In this document: positions 57,861 through 64,000 of the stretch, piece after piece
Position numbering within the stretch: the first letter of the stretch is position 1
How the letters are laid out: every line of letters starts with the position of its first letter
From: an uncultured Lachnospiraceae bacterium
GTDB lineage: Bacteria > Bacillota > Clostridia > Lachnospirales > Lachnospiraceae
Direction: 5' to 3'
Assembly: GCA_905233955.1 (NCBI GenBank)
Contig: CAJOFQ010000006.1
Coordinates: forward strand, 6,706 to 70,705
DNA: 64,000 nucleotides
The notes under the pieces: generated by a model
Seen by the model: only the letters and a program-made list of their open reading frames with translations
Database searches by the model: none
What the model was told of the DNA's origin: nothing
Translations under genes and position numbers: made by a program

Positions 57861-58709
57861 ATGTGCTGTATGATTTTATTGACAGCATTTATGTTTTCTT
57901 TCTCATTATGCAGCGAAGTGTCAGCGGAGACCTCGAATCTTACTGTTTATGCCGGTGAGATTTGGTCATTGGATTACCACGGTGAGGTTCGATGGATAGA
58001 ATCGACGGATAACAGTATCGTAACGGCGGATTATTCCAAGAACAGGGTAACAGTAAGTTTCAAAGCTCTAAGACCGGGGGATGCAACAGTTACTGTTCAC
58101 AGAAAATACCTTTCAGATCCGGTATCCTATAATATTCATGTTATGGATAATTCCGGACTGTTTTCCACTATGTATGTAGGGCTGGATAAGAGCAGTAAAA
58201 AATATGTCTGGGAGATTTCAAACGAATCCAATATCAATTTTAAAAATGTAAAATTCACTGTAAAATATCCCGGGAAGAAATCAAAAAAGAACCAGTTGGT
58301 TCAGGGTGTTGAGGCTGGAGGTACTGCTATAGCCATCAGCCATTTTGCAACAAATTCTCATGCGGCAGACGCCCAGTTTGTGGTTTCAGAGCTTGAAAGA
58401 GAAGTATATTTCCAGGAAGGTTCTAAGCTTTCCAACCAGGTATCTGTAGAAGTGAAAAGAAAAAAGGTCAAATATGTCGGAACGGATTTTGAGTTTTATA
58501 TTAATAATTCTTCCAATGTCAGACCTGATGTGACAGTATATGCATATATTTACGATACTAAGTCCGGCAAGGTATTAAAGACTCTGGAGTGCACCTATTA
58601 TCATGAGGCTCAGGGAATGAAAAGGGTTCCCAGAACTATCAGGATCAATGGTATTTATGGCAAGCGGCTTCAGGTATATTGCTGGTGCAGCTCTATGGTG
58701 AATAATTGA
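57861..58709 (+). CDS. Secreted hypothetical protein with N-terminal Ig-like (Big_2-like) segment
   Basis: The start is placed after the terminator, at ATG 57861. Signal peptide MCCMILLTAFMFSFSLCSEVSAE. The segment ..VRWIESTDNSIVTADYSKNRVTVSFKALRPGDATVTVH resembles bacterial Ig-like group 2. No clear SD. Confidence 0.55.
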   Translation: MCCMILLTAFMFSFSLCSEVSAETSNLTVYAGEIWSLDYHGEVRWIESTDNSIVTADYSKNRVTVSFKALRPGDATVTVHRKYLSDPVSYNIHVMDNSGLFSTMYVGLDKSSKKYVWEISNESNINFKNVKFTVKYPGKKSKKNQLVQGVEAGGTAIAISHFATNSHAADAQFVVSELEREVYFQEGSKLSNQVSVEVKRKKVKYVGTDFEFYINNSSNVRPDVTVYAYIYDTKSGKVLKTLECTYYHEAQGMKRVPRTIRINGIYGKRLQVYCWCSSMVNN

Positions 58710-58812
58710 GATGGCTTAATTTGGCAAATCGAAGATGTCACCAGGTCCTTGTATCAGTTTATAAATTTTTAATAATTAGTTTATTGTATTTTGGATATTG
58801 CTTTGCTACACT

Positions 58813-58846
58813 AATGCCTGTCAACGCGACAGGCATTTCCCTTTTT
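58813..58846 (+). terminator. Rho-independent terminator
   Basis: AATGCCTGTC (58813-58822) pairs with GACAGGCATT (58828-58837). The loop is AACGC, followed by TCCCTTTTT. Confidence 0.75.
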
Positions 58847-59040
58847 CAGGGATAATTCTTTGGGTATTTCACCCGATTTTTCCACAACATTCACATATTA
58901 TCATTAGCGCTTCGTCTGTGATTCATGTTTGCTGCACTTTAGCACATTACATGCTTCCTAAGGAACAGGCTTCATGTCGTAATCTGCTGATCCTTGTATC
59001 ATATCATGCATAGGCGGGGCGTTTAGAAAGGAGCATGATT

Positions 59041-59241
59041 ATGCAGGAAATTATCAAAGAATATGGATCAGTCATCATATCAGTGGTTGCGATTTTTGCC
59101 CTGGCGGCCATGATCAAAACCCTCTTAGCCGATGACGGAACAGTAATGGAAGTATTTGGAGAGGTAATGGCCAAATTCTTTACCATGGCTGGCGATTTTG
59201 CAGGTATAGCGTCTGACTCTGCATCTAATGTTACCCCGTAA
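59041..59241 (+). CDS. Flp-like pilin candidate without recognisable leader peptide (66 aa)
   Basis: ATG 59041 lies 7 nt after GAAAGGAG. The N-terminus MQEIIKEYGSVIISVVAIFALAAMI has an EYG + hydrophobic helix as in Flp pilins. It is the first gene of the ATPase/platform operon. Confidence 0.5.
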   Translation: MQEIIKEYGSVIISVVAIFALAAMIKTLLADDGTVMEVFGEVMAKFFTMAGDFAGIASDSASNVTP

Positions 59242-59251
59242 GGAATAGACT

Positions 59252-60367
59252 ATGGATGGGACTGAGACTTTTTTAAGTGAGGATGAAACTTTTTTTGGAC
59301 CTCTGTACAGGTTCGTCAGTGACGATAATATTACAGACATAGATTTTAATGGCAGCCGTATATGGCTTACAAATACAGACAATACCCGCTATATGAGTGA
59401 TGTGGTACTGTCGGCGGAATTTGTAGAACAGTTTTCCAATCGGGTATCTAATGTTGTAAGCAAAGCATTTCACCAACAGCAGCCCATTTTAGAAGCCGAG
59501 ACAGATCGTCTCAGGATAACAATAGTTCATGAATCCGTTGCAGTATCGGGAAGGAGTATATGTATCAGAAAATCTCTGCCATATGTCAGGATGACTGAGG
59601 AGAGTATGCTTCGTGAGGGCTATTGCAGCAAGGAGATTCTTAAGCTGTTAAAAAACTGTGTACTGGCAAAAAAGAACCTGACTTTTTGTGGGGAGCCTGG
59701 CGTTGGCAAAACAGAGTGCGCAAAGTTTTTCTCACAATATATACCTGCCAACGAGAGAGTAATTACTATAGAGGATAATCCTGAATGGCATTACAGGGAG
59801 GTTAATCCAGGCAAGGATTGTATTGAATTAAAGGTTAATGACCGCATGGACTACACACAGGCGATCAAGACAAGCCTGAGGCTTAATCCCAAATGGATGA
59901 TGCTTTCTGAGTCGAGATCTGTTGAGGTGGTGAAATTAATTGAAGGTTTTTCAACCGGCGTTAGAGGAATGACTACTCTGCACACCGATGATGTAAGAAA
60001 GGTTCCTGACCGTATGGTCAATATGGGCGGCCAGATTCGCAGTGAAAGCCGTATGGAAAATGATATATACAGCTTCATAGATATAGCTGTCCTGATACGA
60101 AGGAAGGAACATAGAGATGCTGCCGGCCCAGGCAGGGTATACCGCTATATAGATCAGATATGCTATTTTGAGCGTAAGGATCAAACCAACTACTGTCACA
60201 TGATAGTAGACGATGGTGAATTTGTATGCGATCAGCTTCCGGAGAATCTGGAAAAAAGCTTTGAAGCTTTGCAGATGCAGAATGACTTTAGAGTAATAAA
60301 CGATCGATCTTCCTCTCCGGGATTAAGGGATCATGGAACCTATCGGGGATTTGCGGATAGTTTTTGA
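59252..60367 (+). CDS. T2SSE/CpaF/VirB11-family secretion ATPase
   Basis: Walker A GEPGVGKT (59691-59714), Asp-box/Walker B region RLNPKWMMLSESRS, His-box TTLHTDD. 371 aa. Confidence 0.85.
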   Translation: MDGTETFLSEDETFFGPLYRFVSDDNITDIDFNGSRIWLTNTDNTRYMSDVVLSAEFVEQFSNRVSNVVSKAFHQQQPILEAETDRLRITIVHESVAVSGRSICIRKSLPYVRMTEESMLREGYCSKEILKLLKNCVLAKKNLTFCGEPGVGKTECAKFFSQYIPANERVITIEDNPEWHYREVNPGKDCIELKVNDRMDYTQAIKTSLRLNPKWMMLSESRSVEVVKLIEGFSTGVRGMTTLHTDDVRKVPDRMVNMGGQIRSESRMENDIYSFIDIAVLIRRKEHRDAAGPGRVYRYIDQICYFERKDQTNYCHMIVDDGEFVCDQLPENLEKSFEALQMQNDFRVINDRSSSPGLRDHGTYRGFADSF

Positions 60368-60374
60368 AAGGCGG

Positions 60375-61724
60375 GTGAATAATGTGAAGTCTTTGTCCGA
60401 AGAACTGACAAGGTATGGATATGTGTTTTCCATGAAGAGAAGCATCATGTTGTATACCTTTGCCTTTGTGCTGATGCTGGCCCTGGGGAGGTTTTACTCC
60501 CTGGGGTTCATCGCCCAGGCAATTGTTTTTACGGCAGTTTTTTTAATGCTGCCGTTTTTTATAAAAAATATATTTGCAAACCGGTATAACCAAAAACGGT
60601 TTTCAGATCTTAATATATACATGGAACAGTTTTTGTATTCCTTCCAGCGCAGCGGCAAGGTGCTTGCCACCATCGAGGATCTTATCAGCATTTTTGAGGA
60701 TGGAACGATGAAGGCCACTCTGAAAAAGGCCAGGCATCATATTCTCCATACATTTAATGAAGCAAATGTGGAGGGAAATGCCCTTGCTATAATTGAAAAG
60801 GAATATCCATATGATGGGTTAAGAAGGATTCACCGTTTTGCTGTAGCATCCGAAGAAGTGGGCGGTGATTACAGGGAGTCCATAAGACTGCTGCTTGAAG
60901 CCAGAAGAATGTTCGCGGATAGAGCATATGCCCTTCAGCAGAAGCAAAAGGCAAAACGCCGGGAGGTATTTTTGTCTATAATAACTTCTTTAATCCTTTG
61001 TTCGATGATCTTTATGCTATCCTCCAATATAGGAGTGGACATTTCAGATATTCCCCTGGCTCAGGCTGTTACAGCTTCAGTATTGATAATGGATCTTATT
61101 ATATTTTATCTGGCTGATAAAAAGCTGACAGTCGGTTTTGTTGAGTCTGATCATCAAAGGGATGATGAAATGGTAAAGACCTACCATCGTATGAAGAATT
61201 ACAAGGATGGTATTTTCTTTCAGAGACTGGGAAAACAGATCGCAAAGAGGCGTCTGACCCGTGAGATTGAAAAGCAGTATCCGGGATGGCTGATGGAGAT
61301 TTCATTATTGCTGCAAACAGAAAATGTGCCTGTGGCTATCCAAAAATCATACAAGCTGGCACCAAAGGTATTACAGCCTGCCCTAGGAGATTTAATTCTT
61401 GGCATCCGCGAAAATCCGGCTTCCATGGAACCCTACAGATCCTTTTTGTCAGAATTTGCAATTCCTGAGGTTGCATCCTCCATGAAGATGCTTTATTCAA
61501 TATCATCCGGAGCAGGCGGTGATGCCAGAATGCAGCTTGCAGATATGATCAGAAGGAATCAGCAGATGTTTGATAAAGCCAAAAAGATGGAGAATGAAGA
61601 TTCCCTTTCCGGAATGCAGGCAATGTTTTTGGCACCTCAGCTTACAGGCGGCTTTAAAATGGCTGTGGATATGGCTTTGCTATTAATAGTATATATGGGA
61701 CAGCAGACAATAACGGCCGGGTGA
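60375..61724 (+). CDS. Polytopic membrane protein, probable TadB/TadC-type (T2SSF-like) platform, two-lobed
   Basis: Two modules, each a cytoplasmic helical region flanked by TM pairs. It sits directly after the ATPase. The start is uncertain: GTG 60375 or 60384 after AAAGGCGG, or the ORF-track ATG 60333 overlapping the ATPase gene. Confidence 0.55.
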   Translation: MNNVKSLSEELTRYGYVFSMKRSIMLYTFAFVLMLALGRFYSLGFIAQAIVFTAVFLMLPFFIKNIFANRYNQKRFSDLNIYMEQFLYSFQRSGKVLATIEDLISIFEDGTMKATLKKARHHILHTFNEANVEGNALAIIEKEYPYDGLRRIHRFAVASEEVGGDYRESIRLLLEARRMFADRAYALQQKQKAKRREVFLSIITSLILCSMIFMLSSNIGVDISDIPLAQAVTASVLIMDLIIFYLADKKLTVGFVESDHQRDDEMVKTYHRMKNYKDGIFFQRLGKQIAKRRLTREIEKQYPGWLMEISLLLQTENVPVAIQKSYKLAPKVLQPALGDLILGIRENPASMEPYRSFLSEFAIPEVASSMKMLYSISSGAGGDARMQLADMIRRNQQMFDKAKKMENEDSLSGMQAMFLAPQLTGGFKMAVDMALLLIVYMGQQTITAG

Positions 61725-61727
61725 ATA

Positions 61728-62057
61728 ATGGATAGTGTAATAAAAAGCTTTATGGGACTATATTTTATGGCTTTTTTATGTGTTATGGGGATAACCTTTT
61801 TACAGTCACAGCTTCAGTCATGCCTGGCAGAGGAATTTCTGCTGGAATCAGTGGTTAAAATCCAGGAGGCACATTATGATGAGGAGGTTATCAGGGAATG
61901 TGTCAATCTGGCTTCTGACAATGACTATTCTCTTAATGTAGATATAGAGGAAACTGACAGTGGATACTACAAAGGACAGGTTGAACTGGTCTATAAATTC
62001 AGCGTTCCGCTTATAAAGATTAAGCTGGAAAGAAGATTAATGGAGTACATAATATGA
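61728..62057 (+). CDS. Small protein with single N-terminal TM helix (pseudopilin/TadE-like position), 109 aa
   Basis: N-terminus MDSVIKSFMGLYFMAFLCVMGITFL. It starts 3 nt after the platform gene stop. No family recognised. Confidence 0.45.
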   Translation: MDSVIKSFMGLYFMAFLCVMGITFLQSQLQSCLAEEFLLESVVKIQEAHYDEEVIRECVNLASDNDYSLNVDIEETDSGYYKGQVELVYKFSVPLIKIKLERRLMEYII

Positions 62058-62152
62058 GATTAGCAGTAGAAGATTTTGGAATAGCAGTAATACAAATTAT
62101 ATTTGCAATATCAATGATTGGAATGTTTTGGACAGTTATTGAGATATTGTGA
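62054..62152 (+). CDS. Unlisted 32-codon ORF: minimal Flp-like peptide MRLAVEDFGIAVIQIIFAISMIGMFWTVIEIL
   Basis: The ATG overlaps the upstream TGA (ATATGA). The motif AVEDFGIAVIQIIFAI resembles the Flp core A-[IV]-E-[YF]-G-[LI]-hydrophobic. It is below the 60-aa ORF-track cutoff. Confidence 0.35.
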   Translation: MRLAVEDFGIAVIQIIFAISMIGMFWTVIEIL

Positions 62153-62171
62153 ATTCTGATAATGTAAAAAT

Positions 62172-62645
62172 ATGAAGGAAATCATAGAAGAATATGGAAG
62201 GACGCTTTTAAGTATAATTGCAGCGGCAGCAATAATGTTGATATTTACGGGAGGAGGACAGGAGGGTATTGCCGCAAGGCTTCTTACAGGTTCACAAAGC
62301 GGATATGGTATTGAGAGGGTATCGGCATCTTCAAATGGGATTTCAGCCGGAGATGATAAGCTTGATATTGTCGTTTCTAAGAAGCTTGTAGCCGGGGAAC
62401 AATATTCTCTTTTACAGATTATAAGTGCCGACAATGATGCAAGGTTTACAGGGGGAAATATTATTTTCGCGGATAAGGTATATGATCCTGATGAATTGGA
62501 AGAAGGTTTTTCCAATGATGTGGAATATGAAGGAGATGAGATTTTGTTTTTAAAACAGGGATTATATCATCTGTGTGTTTCAGTGGCATGTGAGAACGGA
62601 ACAGACTTTATGACAGACATTTATGTGGCGGTGGGGGAAGAGTAA
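62172..62645 (+). CDS. Pilin-like protein sharing the N-terminal MxEIIxEYG + hydrophobic helix motif, with ~120-aa C-terminal domain
   Basis: MKEIIEEYGRTLLSIIAAAAIMLIF aligns with the 59041 product MQEIIKEYGSVIISVVAIFALAAMI. 157 aa. Confidence 0.5.
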   Translation: MKEIIEEYGRTLLSIIAAAAIMLIFTGGGQEGIAARLLTGSQSGYGIERVSASSNGISAGDDKLDIVVSKKLVAGEQYSLLQIISADNDARFTGGNIIFADKVYDPDELEEGFSNDVEYEGDEILFLKQGLYHLCVSVACENGTDFMTDIYVAVGEE

Positions 62646-63286
62646 TGAGATATATTACATTTGGTTTATGTTGTATTTTACTGATTACAACCATATGGCT
62701 GGCTCTTTTTGGTTTGGAAAAAAGAACGGCATATGACAGAACACTAAAAATCGCGCTTCATAATGCCATGGAAGAGGCTATGAATAATATGTTAAAGGGC
62801 AGCTCTGGCAAGGCATATGACGATGATGATCTGAAAAATGACGCCATAAATATATTAGAGGAACAGCTTAAAAATGATGACAGGAATTTTTCTCTAAAGG
62901 TGGATTCTGTGACGGCGGATGCCAAAAAGGGCTTACTGTCAATGCATGTGACAGAATACTATACAAGAGCTAATGGTAAGGTTGGAAAGCTTGAGGATGA
63001 AGCTACAATTATTCTGGAAAGAAGTGCAAGGACCGGTTGTTCGGTAATTACATTCAAACTGCCTGATGATATTGCAAAAGGGCTTGAATATCCCAAAATC
63101 CTGGGACAATACACAATTTGCAACGGGCATGCATACAAGGTTCCTGCGGCGATTAAGCTTCTTGATGAGAAGGGGATTAGGATTGTATCATGGATTAACA
63201 CCAAATCCAATCAGAGCTATACACCAAAACAGCTTACAGAAAATATTGTTGACGGTGACGCAGAGTTTTTAGCTGTCATACGGTGA
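62645..63286 (+). CDS. Membrane-anchored hypothetical protein of the pilus-like operon (213 aa)
   Basis: The start overlaps the previous stop (TAATG). N-terminal TM MRYITFGLCCILLITTIWLALFGL, then a soluble domain. Confidence 0.45.
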   Translation: MRYITFGLCCILLITTIWLALFGLEKRTAYDRTLKIALHNAMEEAMNNMLKGSSGKAYDDDDLKNDAINILEEQLKNDDRNFSLKVDSVTADAKKGLLSMHVTEYYTRANGKVGKLEDEATIILERSARTGCSVITFKLPDDIAKGLEYPKILGQYTICNGHAYKVPAAIKLLDEKGIRIVSWINTKSNQSYTPKQLTENIVDGDAEFLAVIR

Positions 63287-63297
63287 TGGTAAGGAAT

Positions 63298-63326
63298 TTG
63301 ACAAGCAAAATATTAACGATTACAAT
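63298..63326 (+). promoter_or_regulatory. Sigma-A-type promoter TTGACA-17 nt-TACAAT upstream of the histidine kinase gene
   Basis: TTGACA at 63298-63303 and TACAAT at 63321-63326. GGAGG at 63361-63365 precedes the ATG at 63376. Confidence 0.55.
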
Positions 63327-63375
63327 GGTGTGGCATTGTGTACAGATCAAGGCTAAGTATGGAGGCATTATAGCT

Positions 63376-64000
63376 ATGAAGCTGCGATACCAGCTTATTA
63401 TCGCTTTTATAATTATAGTTACGCTGCCTCTTTTATTATACGGCCCCATGATATTTGACAGTATTCCGGGGATCAGTGATCGTCAGGGAGCCTATATTCC
63501 CGATAATGTTATTACGGATAATGTCCGTCAGAGGGTAATGGACGATTTCATATCCGGAGTTCTGGTTATGACGCTGACTTCTGCCATGCTTATTATCTGG
63601 ATATATCACGGGGTTATGCGCAAGGTTTCTACGCTGGTAGACGGCGCCTTAGCTATCAAGGAAGGTGATCTGGATCACCCCATGGAGCTAAAAGGGCGGG
63701 ACGAGCTTTCAGAACTGGCTTCGACTATGGAGGAGATGAGGCTTCGCCTCAAATCCGACGCCCAGGATCGTATTGCGTCAGATCGTAATCAAAGGCACCT
63801 GGTTTCCAATATTGCTCACGACTTAAAAACCCCTCTTACTGCCATAAGAGGATATTCCGAGGGTTTGATGGACGGTGTTGCGGACACAGATGAAAAACGC
63901 ATGTCCTATATTGCCACTATCCATAACAAGGCTGTTGAGATGGACGCTTTGCTCAATGAGCTTACAGCCTATTCCAATCTTGATGCCAACAGGATTCCAT
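63376..64000 (+). CDS. Sensor histidine kinase, N-terminal part (TM-loop-TM-HAMP-HisKA); 3' end outside window
   Basis: Not in the ORF track because there is no stop in the window. MKLRYQLIIAFIIIVTLPLLLY.., HAMP-like LVDGALAIKEGDLDHPMELKGRDELSELASTMEEM, and H-box SNIAHDLKTPLTAIRGYSE. Confidence 0.85.
   Translation, partial: MKLRYQLIIAFIIIVTLPLLLYGPMIFDSIPGISDRQGAYIPDNVITDNVRQRVMDDFISGVLVMTLTSAMLIIWIYHGVMRKVSTLVDGALAIKEGDLDHPMELKGRDELSELASTMEEMRLRLKSDAQDRIASDRNQRHLVSNIAHDLKTPLTAIRGYSEGLMDGVADTDEKRMSYIATIHNKAVEMDALLNELTAYSNLDANRIP

Noticed and set aside
58804-58819. Motif TGCTACACTAATGCC resembles TGCTACACTATGCC at 13792-13805. Together with an upstream TTGTAT it looks like a promoter.
   Set aside because: At 58.8 kb the '-10' runs directly into the terminator hairpin of the upstream gene, so a transcript would be only a few nt long. 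A single shared ~14-mer is compatible with chance.
58798-59013. 71-aa ORF in the spacer before the pilus-like operon
   Set aside because: It has a TTG start inside the terminator region and no SD. Its composition is Cys/His-rich and non-protein-like, and it spans the terminator hairpin.

Overview
This is a 64-kb chromosomal segment that looks like an anaerobic Firmicute, probably Clostridia or Lachnospiraceae. That placement is an inference from gene content and sigma-A/SD signals. About 50 genes are present, almost all on the + strand and tightly packed. The housekeeping backbone includes TRAP transporter dctQMP, a chorismate mutase/shikimate kinase fusion, uvrB, uvrA, mreB, a PF04392-type ABC transporter, putP, ftsH, uvrC, yigZ, topB, prmA, cysteine desulfurase plus thiI, mtaB, nagA, ftsEX, an S41 protease, larB/larC, a REC-GGDEF-EAL protein and a hybrid histidine kinase. 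Two accessory blocks stand out. (1) At 20.4-35.9 kb there is a 10.2-kb trimodular NRPS (A-T-C-A-T-E-C-A-T-TE). It is flanked by a sensor-domain/MFS fusion, an orphan SBP-like lipoprotein and a transmembrane HAMP-PP2C phosphatase. This block is packed without terminators between ftsH and uvrC, and its last gene overlaps the uvrC start. (2) At 59.0-63.3 kb there is a Tad/Flp-like pilus locus (T2SSE-type ATPase, platform protein, small N-terminally hydrophobic proteins). Its pilin candidates carry an EYG/EDFG + hydrophobic motif directly at the N-terminus, with no Gly-containing leader. No prepilin peptidase gene is visible, and one 32-codon candidate lies below the ORF-track cutoff. I recognised no rRNA, tRNA, CRISPR array, transposase or integrase. 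All family calls come from motif reading by eye; no database search was possible.
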